Origin: the human T2T-CHM13v2.0 reference genome, Homo sapiens
Assembly (NCBI RefSeq): GCF_009914755.1
Contig: NC_060935.1
DNA length: 64,000 nt
Strand: one strand, 5' to 3'
The notes beneath the pieces are model-generated. The model made no database searches. It had not been told where the DNA came from and saw only the letters and a list, made by a program, of their open reading frames with translations. Numbering within the stretch: the first letter of the stretch is position 1; every line of letters starts with the position of its first letter. Of this stretch, positions 1 through 11,861 are shown piece by piece. A program made the translations under genes and the position numbers.

Positions 1-296
1 CTGACTGTAACCAAAACCTCCAGAGCCCTTCATCCATCCTCTGATTGCCATGAATTGCCAACATCAGATAAATAGTTTAAAAAGTGGCAAGAAAGTAGGA
101 TTTCAAGTCAGAAGACTTGGATTTGAATCTTGCTTCAGCTTTGTATTAATTGTTATCATTCTGAATCATAGTTTCCCCATCTGAAAAATAAGATGTGGAG
201 TTGTTATTATTGGTGGTGGTCTGTTCTAAGCATTAAATGAAGAAATGCATGTCAAACCTTCTGAAAACTCAGACACCAAACACTTGGAAAGGAGTC

Positions 297-512
297 TGTT
301 ACAGTCTCACCAATGCACCACAATGTAGCAGTCTCTCCTTGTGAGGTATCACCCAAGACCAAGAGAATTAAGGAGTATGGACCCAAAGGGTGAGGTCGGA
401 GTGAAAGTTTAATAAGTGAATGAAGAAAGCTCTCTGTTGCAGAAAGGGGACCTGGAAGCCAGGGCCCATCCTAACTGCCTGCCTGACCGGTTTCTTTCTT
501 TTTCCTCTCTCA
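297..512 (-). mobile_element. Short, internally deleted ERV1-class LTR (MER83-like)
   Basis: TG...CA termini on the minus strand (TGAGAGAGGAAAAAGAAAGAAACCGGTCAGGCAGGCAGTTAGG ... GAGACTGTAACA). Family from recall only. Confidence 0.45.
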
Positions 513-2823
513 ATTCTTATTAAGGCAGAAAAATTCTAGAATGACTTTTTGTCCTATAGCCTTGTTCCCAGAATGCTTTGGAAATGTAACAGCCAATTTA
601 TCAAGACAGGGGAATTGCAATAGAGAAAGAGTACTTAATGCAGAGCAAAGAGAAAAAAGATAAAGTTCTTTTAAATATATATAGCTTGGATATTCATGTT
701 TAATTAAGCAAATTTTAACCATAGAGCTCTTTTGTTTAAAGAAAATCTCTTTTAAATCTCTTATTACCAGACTCTAGTCAGGACAGCCAATATTTCTGGC
801 CTTTGAATTCTACCCCAGGTAACCGCCCACATGAAATTAGTAAGTTTTAATTAAGGTTATAACTTAACCATGGATACAAAAGGTGTTTTAAAGAGATGGT
901 AAGCAGCTTTTTTTTTTTAAAAACAAGATTTAGAATATCCCCAAAGGTAGTACAGTGAAAGGAAAATTCAAGACAGGAAATCAGAAGCTATCTATGGGGT
1001 GAAAAAAAAAAAACCTCAATAAATGGCAAAGTTCCACAAATAACAAACCAGAAAGGAATCATTCTGTAAGCCAAGAATTGAACCTGGGCCACCATTGTCA
1101 AGAGATAAAAACCTTAGCTACTGAGCTACACAGCATTGAGCAGTTTCTACTGCTCTCCCCCGAAGAAGTCTACAGCAGCTGATCTGAAGCTTGCAAAGGC
1201 TTTTAAGTGCTCAAGATAATTCTTAGGGCTGTGATATGAACCCCCAAATTCCTGTCCTCTGGATGGTGGAGACCAGGATGAAGTACCTCTACATGGTCAC
1301 AAAGTTAAGCTCTTAAAGACACAAAACAAGACAGAAATTTCATCTGGTATTGGTTTCAGGGACCCACAACAAAGTTTATAACTGACCAGCCTGCCGGGTT
1401 GGCTTGAAAAGCAGGATTACAGGGGTCCTAAACTCATGTTCTATCCTGTGACACCCTTCTCTCCATTACGGAAGGACAAATTCTTAGTACAAAGTGCACC
1501 AGATTTGCCACAGCCTAAGACTAGTCTCACAAATCCTTTTTTACTATTCATCAAACCTTTGCAGAGACACACAGTGACATTTATTGCTTACCACTGCCCC
1601 CCTCCAACACACACACACACACACACTCACACAGACACACAATGCAGAGAGACAGAGAGAAAGAGAGAGAGAGGCCAGACACTTTTCTGGTAAGAATTCT
1701 TGCCCTTTGTGCCAGCATATCAGGTTTCTGGGTCCCCTTTCTCTGCAGCTTCTAGAAGAATGGAGCAGCATTTGATGGCCCTGTTCACCGTGCCATAGAC
1801 GTGAGGGGACCAAGCCCCATTACAAAAGAAAATGATCCTTTTCTGTTTTATGGAACCATAGGCAAAAGCTTCTCAATGTTGCAAGATGCTGCCTGATGGG
1901 CTACATGGGGAACCAAATTAACATTTTCCATTCCAGTGGAAGCAAAATACACATAACGCTACAGACATTGGTCACCTTGTTCAGCACCCAACATCGACCT
2001 GGCAAGACTCGAACTTTTTCCCGTTGGTCCCTGTTGTCTTTGATCTACACAAAGTGGGGAATGGTGACCTCCATCTGGGAATTCAATGGGTGATCTCTGG
2101 GCAAGATGAAGAGCAGTCACAAACCCGATCCAGGGCTGTTAAACTTCTTTCAGGACTCACTGAATGTGACCAGATAGATAAGGAGAGTTCTCTGAGTTAG
2201 GCCTGCTAGACTTCCATCAGCAATTCCTTCAGAGATCTCCTCCACATATACAAATACACACATATAGACAAGACAGACAGAAGGCTTTCCAAATCAAGAT
2301 TCCTAACCAAGAATTCCAGAGTATCTCTTCCAAACTATCCTCCTATTCTCTGTTTGAGAAATCTCCCTGAAATCTTCTTGATTGAGGAGAAGTCTCCCGA
2401 ACCAAGACTCTTTTTACTAGTTAGGCAGAGCCAACCGAGACCCCCCAGGAGCCAAACCAAGACAGACACCCCATGTTGTAGCTACAGACACCTCACAATG
2501 GAGCTACAGAACTAGTTGCGAAAAGGAAGGAGACATTGGCAGCACCTAGGATACTCACCAACCCAGACACCCTACAATGGGGCTATAGACAGACACCCTG
2601 TGATAGGGCTACAGTTATGGGACGTCTCCCCAGGACTATTTCTCTATTAAATCCATGCCCATTGGGTCGGGAGTGCCCTGTCAGTAGAGAGAGTACCAGA
2701 GTCAACTCCCAGTCCAAGTGAACTAGGTGGCTGCTTGGGCTGGCCCCTGGATCCATTGCTGGAGGGGGCTACTGAACCACGGGCAGGTAGCCACAAGGGC
2801 AATCCTGGATGAGCCTCGAAATT
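513..2823 (-). mobile_element. ERV1 internal remnant (HUERS-P1-like) with tRNA-Pro primer binding site at 2819-2802
   Basis: Just after the LTR, TCGAGGCTCATCCAGGAT matches the PBS-Pro TGGGGGCTCGTCCGGGAT at 14/18. No intact retroviral ORF. Left boundary approximate. Confidence 0.6.
1607..1672. repeat. (CA)n-(GA)n compound microsatellite
   Basis: Directly visible. Confidence 0.9.
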
Positions 2824-3511
2824 TGTAACCACCCAATGGATTCACCTTGCCCACTGCTTAGACAGAGCTGATTTATTAAGACAGGGGAATTGCAATAGAG
2901 AAAGAGTAATTCAGCCAGAGCCAGCTGTGCAGGAGACTGGAGTTTTATTATTACTCAAATCAGTCTCCCCAAAAACTCGGGGATCAGAGTTTTCAAGGAT
3001 AATTTGGTGGGTAGGGGGCCAGTGAATCAGGAGTGCTGATTGGTTGGCTCAGGGATGAAATAACAGGGAGTCAAAGCTCTTCTCTTATGCTGAGTCAGTT
3101 CCTGGGTGGAGACCACAGAACTGGTTGGCAGGTCCAGGTGGGGCCGTCCAGTTGGTAGAAATACAGAAACCTGAAAAGACATCTCAAAAGGCTGATGTTA
3201 CCTTTAAGAGTAACTGGGGAAGTTGCAAATCTTATGACCTCCGGAATAATGGCTGGTAATATCTAGAATTCCAGCCCCTCTCATTCTAACTTGGTGGCTG
3301 GTGGCCTTTCCTTCATTTTATAAGAACAGTTTAGTTTTGGGGAAGGGCTATTATTTAAACTATAAACTAAATTCCTTCCCAAGGTTAGTTCAGCCTACGC
3401 CCAGGAATGGACAAGGACAGTTTAGAGGTTGGAAGCAAGATGGAGTTGGTTATGTCTGATATCTTTCACTGTCATAATTTCCTTAGTTATCATTTTGCAA
3501 AAGCGGTTTCG
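2824..3511 (-). mobile_element. LTR8-family ERV1 LTR (5' LTR)
   Basis: Minus strand starts (C)GAAACCGCTTTTGCAAAA...CCAACTCCATCTTGCTTC and ends ...GGGCAAGGTGAATCCATTGGGTGGTTACA, matching the recalled LTR8 consensus. Confidence 0.8.
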
Positions 3512-4254
3512 GGAAGGCCATTGTTTGCACAGTATTTTCATACTCTTAATTTGTAGCTGCATATGTTTGCATGTCTTACTTTTTAAGTGGCAGGAGTTTT
3601 GAGTCTAGGGTGTGTCTTTCAAGTTTCTTTACAGAACTTAGAAATAATGGATGTTTAATAAACGCTAGATGTACAGATAACATTCAAGCTTTCTATGCAT
3701 CTGTCTTTCATGTTTTTGTTGGGATGTTTTTCAACAGTCTGGAGACCTCTTAACAATGGAGTGAAAGGCTTTGAAAAATCTCTAAAAGGCTGTATAAATG
3801 CAAAAGTATTTTAAATTTACAGGAGGTGCTGTTACTACTAATACTGTGCAAATTTATGAGTAGTTGTGGAAATAATAACTCTATGAGCAAAAATGCTTCT
3901 ATTTCTGTTTTGTTCTTTGCATTGTGCAAATATAGCCTATATAAATCAAATTTCTACATTTCTGCATCCTGTGTGCCTTAAGACATATGTTGAGATATCA
4001 AAAGAAGAAAAAAACATATAACAACCTGGAATCACAAAAGGCTGAAGCTTAAAGATCATTATGTTCAGCCCTGCCATTGTACAGACGAGGAGACTACGTC
4101 TAACGGACACAAAATGACTGGCCTAAGGTCACACAGCAAAATAGTAATCTTTTTTCTGTCATTATTCGTTCTCTGAAATATGTGGGTGTGTTTAGTATTG
4201 TTGACATTTCCTTGGAAAAAGAACAATTTTTAAAATGAAATCTTTTCTTTCCAG

Positions 4255-4415
4255 GGCTAGAGCAATGTATCTTAGGCTCACTTAAGGAAGCTGTAGAGAT
4301 GAGCCCAAGGAGGGAAACCAGAAGAGCCCCCCAGGCTCACCAGTTGTTTGTTGGCTCCCTACAAACATGTCATTCAAGTGGCTAATCTTACAACAGCACA
4401 AATTCATCTAACCAG
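4255..4415 (+). ncRNA. BDNF-AS: BDNF-AS internal exon (161 nt)
   Basis: Strong acceptor tcttttctttccAG| and donor CAG|GTGAGT. Sequence recognised as BDNF-AS (GGCTCACCAGTTGTTTGTT, GCTAATCTTACAACAGCAC). Confidence 0.8.
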
Positions 4416-4537
4416 GTGAGTTTCTTCGAGTCACTTCAAATAATTATTTCTTGAGCATCTACTTCATGCCAATGGTGTGCTAGATTCTATAAGAAAATAA
4501 ATGTGAATTACTCACAGATAAAAATAAATAACAATCA

Positions 4538-4843
<306 letters not shown>

Positions 4844-5028
4844 TCAAGAGAATAGAATCAATATAGCCCAGTGGACAAGACCATGGATTATGGAGCCAGA
4901 CTAGCTACTTACTAGCAGAATGATTAATTTTGAGCAAGACCCTTAAGCTCTTTGGGAGTCAGGTTCTTCATGTATAAAGTGTGGCTTACTTAATAGTTTC
5001 TGTGAAGTTGTGAATTTAACAAATATCA

Positions 5029-5346
5029 ACCTCCTTGCCAAAGCTAACTAATTTGCTAATCACTGATTTTGCAAAGCGTGTTGTGGAGATGTGGCTGGAC
5101 AGGTTTGCCATCAGAGTCGATATACCGTTGTATTAAAAACAAGATAAAAAAGCTGCCAAGTTCTTTCGTGAGTGGTTGGTTAGTCTGAAATCTTTGCAAG
5201 ATGCTGATGCTCAAGCTGTTGACCTACTCATTGCCTACTTTAACAACTGTCAGAGAAACATGATGTGGGGTAAGGAGGTGCTTTTTAAAAATCATTCATA
5301 GACTTCTGTAAAATGCAAGATAAAGTTATTTTAACAGTGGAAAAAA
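5029..5346 (+). pseudogene. Candidate 5'-truncated processed retrocopy (mRNA 3'UTR fragment) inserted in a MIR
   Basis: 11-bp TSD AACAAATATCA (5018-5028, 5347-5357), A-tail at 5341-5348, TTT/AACA L1-endonuclease-like site. Body does not resemble Alu or L1. Confidence 0.6.
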
Positions 5347-6890
5347 AACAAATATCAGGTGCTTTCAGGGTCCAACATATAATAAGTGCTATAGTTAACA
5401 GTTATTTTACATTTATTATCTCCCTGGGTCTCACCCTAAGCCTATGAAGTAGGTAGCATTCACCTTTTATAGAGGAGTAAACTGAAGTTAAGAGGTCAAG
5501 TAGCCTGCTTAGGTCACCCTGCAACCAGCAACAGAGCCAAAAGTCAAGCCCAGGTCTGTCTGACAGCCAGGCCTGGCCTCATAAACACTGTTCTGTGTGC
5601 TGTCCTCAGACACAAACCTTGCTCTCCAGAAAGTCATATTCTAGAAGCCTTATTGCAGGGCTGAAAACACTAAGTGCCACTAGAGAGATAGAAATAATGT
5701 GGATGGGGATTTCACAACAGGGCCTGTGGGAAATTGTTTCCAGCTTAGAAAATCAGAGGGAGTTTTAAGGAAGAAATGGAATTTGAGTCTTGAATGATTT
5801 ATTTGTGCAGAAGCAGGAGTGAGAAAGGACAAACAAAAAACCAGGGATGAGAGGGGTGAGGTATAGTTTGGAAACAGGCAATAGATGGTTCAATAAAAGT
5901 GGACCCTGGGATATGTGCAGGAGAGCAGGGAAAGGTGAGGCCTGCAACCCTCCCTAGGTGAAGTCAGATCACAAGGGGCCTCAAGTACCAAGCTAAAGAG
6001 TGTGCATCTAAAATTGAAGGTCCTTAAATAGCTTTTTAAAAGACAAATGGGGGGCGAAAAGACCAAATGGGAAAAAGGAAAAAATAAGACCTAAGACTTT
6101 GAGACATGGTGATTATTTGTCAGTAAGAATTGGCGGAATATGGGCTTATTAACCTAGTTAGTTCTCTTCTGAAAAAGCCACATAGGTTTTACAGAAAAAA
6201 AAGTTGATTTTGCAAACAACATACTTGTTCATTTGAAGAGTTGAAGCATTTTTTCTGAAATGTGATATAATTTTTATATTTAAGTTAAAATGCAATTATA
6301 GGTATTTTTCCTTGATTGGATAAAATAGATCCAGAATTTAAATTTTATTTGTGAATTGTTCCCCTCCTTCCCTCCCCCTCTCCCTTCCTTCCGTCCGCTT
6401 GCATTTGTGTTTGGTTCACTCCTCTCTCTTAGACAAAAGGTATTTTCTCATTTCTTAATCCCAATTTCTCCTTCATGTTTTGAGTGCTGTTTTATGTTTC
6501 AATTTCATATTTATTGTAATATGAACCCTCAGCCACTAGGACATCCAACATCCCTAGAATGGCAGAGTTGAAATGAACAGTAGAGATGATCTATTCTAAC
6601 ATTCATCTTACAGCTGAGACAATGAAGGCTCAGAGAAAGAACATGACTTTTTCAAAAACACAGAGTGAGTTCAAGGCAGAAGTGGGACTTGGACTTGTTT
6701 TCTGGCTCCTTTCTAGTGCTCATTTCAGTGCATCATCTGAGCACATGTGTAGGCAGGGCTCTGGGCCTTTACCTTCTTGAGAATGGTTTAGGGAGTCTCA
6801 ATAGACTTCTCATGTACTGCTGCAGGACTTAGAATCTATGAAGTATTTAGAGCTGGAGGGAACCTTAAGATCCTCAAATTCTGCATCGTC

Positions 6891-7270
6891 CTGGCTATGG
6901 TCTAAATGGTCCCTCCAAAATTCATGTGTTGAAAAGAATTCCCCGTGCAACAGTGTTGGGAGGTGGGGCCTTTTTGGGAGATGTTTAGGTAAACAGATTA
7001 ATGCCACTATAAAAGGGCTTGATGAGAGTTTGGCCCATTTTCACTCTCCCATCCCTTCTTCGATGTGAGAACACAGTGTCCTCCCATCTGAAAAATGCAG
7101 CATCAAGGTGCCATCTTGTAAACAGAGAGCAGCCCTCACCAGACAGCTGAACCTGCTGGTGCCATGATCTTGGACCTCCCAGCCTCCAGAACAGTCAGAA
7201 ATAAATTTCCATTCTTTATAAATTACCCAGTCTCAGCAATTCTGTTAAAACAATACAAATGGGTGAAGAA
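6891..7270 (+). mobile_element. MaLR solo LTR (MST/MLT1A-like)
   Basis: ctatggtctaaatg..ccctccaaaattcatgtgttgaaa ... ccagcctccagaac..aaataaatttc..ttataaattacccagtctcag motifs. Confidence 0.75.
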
Positions 7271-8009
7271 ACTCCTTTTGCAGAGGAGAAGACCAAAGCT
7301 GAAAGAAGTGAGGGGAGACCTGCTTAGCTTATGTGGCTAGAGACGTACAGAGCAAGGTCAGGGATTTCAATCTGCTGACTCGAGGCCCATGTTTTCACTC
7401 TGTACATGCTCATCCTTATTTTCAAAGTCTCCAGTTCAAAAATTCATCTCTTTGCAGTCACATATACTGAAGGGAATTCTGCTTCACAATGCCTGGAGGA
7501 GCTTCAAGTGGAATGTGTCCAAACCAGGAGGAAACAATTCCCTTGGTTCTCCTCTGGATGTCAGTGCAGGTTGGTGTGCAGTGAAGGTAGGGGTGTGGAA
7601 AGCTGGCCAATTCCACTTTACAAGTTCTTTATTCTCTCATACCCGGGAAGTACCACAGCTACTGAATTCTTGGTGAAACCAGAACCTAAAACAGTAAAAG
7701 TGGAGTTGGGAACCTGGGGAAGCAATACTCAACCAAGCCAAAACTAAGATTGCATATTTACATAGAATGGCTGTAGCCATGTTGTTCTTCACACTCACAA
7801 AGTGAACACACAGCTCAAGGCTCAGTGGCCAGACTATGTGGTGGGGGTGGGATGTGGCAAGATGTGCATGCATGTGAAAGAACAGTGTAAACTCTAAAAC
7901 ATCTACAACAGGGAAAAGCAAAAAGAAATCCGTATTTCTCCCTCTGATTATCTTGGTCTCTCTCTTCTGTCATGGATTAGACCCAGAGAAGAATACTAGT
8001 CCAAATCTC

Positions 8010-8195
8010 CAGCAACTGTTCATCATTTTTAACCTTTCCTGCCTGGTAAAATAACCTGGGAGCTTTGAAAATAATATTGATGCCTGAGCTTCACTCCCAG
8101 AGATTCTGATTTACCTGATGCAGGATGGGGTCTACAATTCATAATTTTTTTAAAACTCCCCAGATGCCTAATGTGCAACTAGGGTGGAGAATTAC
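8010..8195. mobile_element. MER5A-like hAT DNA transposon fragment
   Basis: acctgggagctttg...cccagagattctgattta...cccagatg..ctaatgtgca.c.agggtggaga. Boundaries approximate. Confidence 0.6.
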
Positions 8196-8713
8196 TCAAT
8201 TAAACTATCAAGTTGCTTTCCCTGACTGCTGGGATCCCTTCCTTGGCTGCTGCAAACAATGTTGTAGCCACTTAGGGCTAAATACACTTATAATGTGGCC
8301 TTACACTGCATTCATTCAATTTAATAGACACTTGTTGACTGCTTTCCGGTACATGGCTAGGTGAACTGCAGTGGGTACACAGGTGAATGAAAATGTCCAC
8401 CGCTCTAGAAGAGTTTATACAAATAACTGCAGCTTAGTAAGGGAGCAATTATTTTACCCAAGAAAATGCTAAAGGCTTCATGCAATTGAACCTTTAACAT
8501 ATAGAAACATTTTTTATATTCATAGAAAATTCATTTGTTAAGAGAAACCTGCCTAATCGAAAATTTGCTTTGATAAGTCTACCATGGTATACAAACAAGC
8601 CGTGGACTAGTGCCTAGGTTTGAAAAGTGAAAGCTTCTCTGCATAATAGAGTGAGAGCAGGTGATCAGCACTAAATGCTGTGTAGGGAAATGGTCAAAAG
8701 GACACTTAATGAC

Positions 8714-9009
8714 TTTTAGAGATGGGATCTCAATCTGTCACCCAGGCTGGAGTGTAATGGCATGATCTTAGCTCACTGCAGCCTCAAACTCGTGGGCTCA
8801 AGTGACCCTCTCGCTTCAGCCTCCTGAGTAACTGGGACTACAGGCACATGCCACCACACCCAGCTATATATATATATTTTTAATTTTTTTGTAGAGACAG
8901 GGTCTCGCTATGTTGCCCAGGCTGTTCTCAAACTTCAGGTCTCAAGCAATCATTTTGCTTCAGCCTGCCAACGTGTTGAGATTACAGGCCTGAGCCTCCA
9001 TGCCCAGCC
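8714..9009 (-). mobile_element. AluJ
   Basis: Reverse Alu with J diagnostics (gggctcaagtga, gggtctcgctatgttgcccagg). Confidence 0.88.
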
Positions 9010-9226
9010 ATAAGGCCATTTTTAATAAGAACTGTTAAAAATAAAATGTCAATTATGGAATGTAAACTTCATTTTCACATTTATTAAGAAGTCTTCCATA
9101 AAATACACATTGCTCATTATTCAGTGAGAGTGAATTGTGTATGAAAAATTCGAAGAAGTGCTAAATCCCACCTTGAGATGGCAGAAGAAAACCAGAGGGT
9201 ATACATGGGGCAACTGCCTGATGTGT

Positions 9227-9387
9227 GGGTTTGCTAGATTTTACAATTAAAATTGCAGGACACCCAGTGAAATTTGAATTTAAATTAATACAAATCATTT
9301 TTTACTATAAATATGTTCCATAGAGTATTTGCACACACTTATATTAAACAATTATTCATTTGGTTTGATGTTTTTTCTGGCAGCCCT
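9227..9387. mobile_element. MER53 palindromic DNA-transposon remnant
   Basis: gggtttgctagat...caggacacccagtgaaatttgaattt...ctggcagccct termini. Confidence 0.65.
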
Positions 9388-9660
9388 ATTATGGGTTATG
9401 GTTGGGTAGGGATTTTATAATCAGAGAGGGAGACAGGGAATGGACAAAGATGCAGAGGAGGTAGAGTGTAAGGTACATTTAGGGAATAGGGAGAAGTAGG
9501 GTTGGAGTGCACTGTCAAGTGTGTTGGAAGTTGTCTGGACATTAAAGTAGGAAAATAAAGCTACATCCTATAAGGCCATAATGCCAATATCACCAATTTG
9601 TTACTCTGTCAGCAATGGATAGCCCTTTGATATATTAAAGGGAGGGAAATCATATGCTCT

Positions 9661-9701
9661 ATTCATCCATTCATCTATCCATCCATCCATCCATCCATCC
9701 A
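9661..9701. repeat. (ATCC)n tetranucleotide repeat
   Basis: Directly visible. Confidence 0.9.
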
Positions 9702-11546
9702 CATTAATGTATCTGTATCAATATGGCACACTTGAAAAGCATATGTCCTCTGAATTTATATTCTAGTTCTGCTATATGCTCACTGAGTGATCTTCTGCAA
9801 ATTACTGCCTCTCTCAGCCTCAGTTACCTGAAAAATAGGCATAATTAGATCTACATCTTACATCTCTCATCAGGTTTATCACAGTGACATACAATTGCCA
9901 AGCAGGCAAGTCCACCTTGAATGCCTTTTTGACTCGTTTGAGGGTTCCAATACTGTGTGTGCCAACTTAGACCATTATTTCCCAGAAACATTCCTCTTAG
10001 TCTATCGATTTCATTCCCTTGCAATGCACTGGCCTTTACACCTGCATAGTCAACAGTGAGTAAAGACAGCATTTCTGTCTCTCCTGCCACATCGGTACAT
10101 TTGTGTATAGGTAGGTGTTGCTATTTGTGTAACGTATTACGAAGTGTTTTCATGTTCATTATTGTCATTGAACCTTCAGAGAGATCATTCTGCTATCATG
10201 GGAGGATGTTGGAAGTGGGTTGGGGTAGAGAGATTGGGGGTAGAGAGATGGGTTGGAAGGCTGCTGTGATAGCCCAGGCGAGATGCAATGAAGACCTGAA
10301 CCAGAGTAGTGGAAAGGTGAGCTGAAAGTGAAAGGAATGGATGAAAACAAACGGCACAGAAATAAAAACAAAGGGAAGTTCTGACACCTGCGTTTTGGTC
10401 TCCTTGACATTGCTTCCATTTCCTCTAGGGACATGTCCTGGATAAGGGTGAAACTGGATGCTCCTTGGCAGTTTCAGATGTCACCACCCCTAACTTTCCA
10501 TTGGATAAAAGAAGGCCCAAAATAGCCTCTGGTCCCATAGGCTAGTGATTACTGGGACTCAGATTCCTGTCCTGAAAACACGGGGAAGAAGCCAGGCATT
10601 TGCCCACTTACCCTCTCACCAGCTGACCCAGGGCATTAGCACCCTGGTGCCTGCTGACGCAGAGCATCTGCCAAATTCGATTAGCCCCGTGGCCTGGCTA
10701 AGCTGGGCATGTCCTGCACTGCTTCTAAAACAAGCCCTCCAGGAAGGGGCTGCGAGACTCGGAGATGTTTTTTCCTACTGTCAAGCAGGAATCACTGCTT
10801 GGCAGTTTGAGGTAGGGATGGGGAGGAGATAAAAATATTAGAAGATGCAGAAGATAAAACCAAATACTAATCTAACAGTCACTTCTGAAAACAGAGAAAA
10901 CACTCCAAACAGTCAACATGGATTGTTTTTTTTTCTCTTTGCTTCAACTTAGTAAAGCCCTTTGGAGTCCAGCAGAATGAGCCAAGCAGTGTGAAATGTG
11001 TGGAAACATGTTGTTGGCTCAGAGCAGGTTGCTTGGAGGCGGGACAGGTGACGACCTGCCTGTGAGAAGCCCATAGAGCTCTCTTCTCCTCACCACTGGG
11101 TCAGTTGATCCTCATCTGTAGATGAGAGATCCTCATCTGTAGACTCAGCCCTCCTGCAGCCATTAGTGCCTCTCCTGTTTCTAATCACAGGGAATCTAAA
11201 GAAATTTAAGGAGCCTCGTTCAGGAGCTCAGTGTTAGATTGAGCTTTCTGGTGGGTCCATTCTGACTCTGAATGTTGATTTTACTATCTAAAATCATTAT
11301 TCTTGTTTCTATGGCTAGGGTCCTACTTGTATTCAATTTCCTATAGAACTAGCGTCCTGTCTTGTTAATTCCCAGTCATTAGAATCCCACACCCAAGTTT
11401 GGGACCAGGTTAGGGCTCTGAGTCCCATGGGCAGAAATCTCTGATACCTCTGACTCCTGTTTACCTAGAGGAAGAAGAATCTGGAGCAGCAGTTCTACCC
11501 TGGCTGGTCAACAAAACCACTGGAAAGATCTTTAAGAAATACAGAT

Positions 11547-11861
<315 letters not shown>

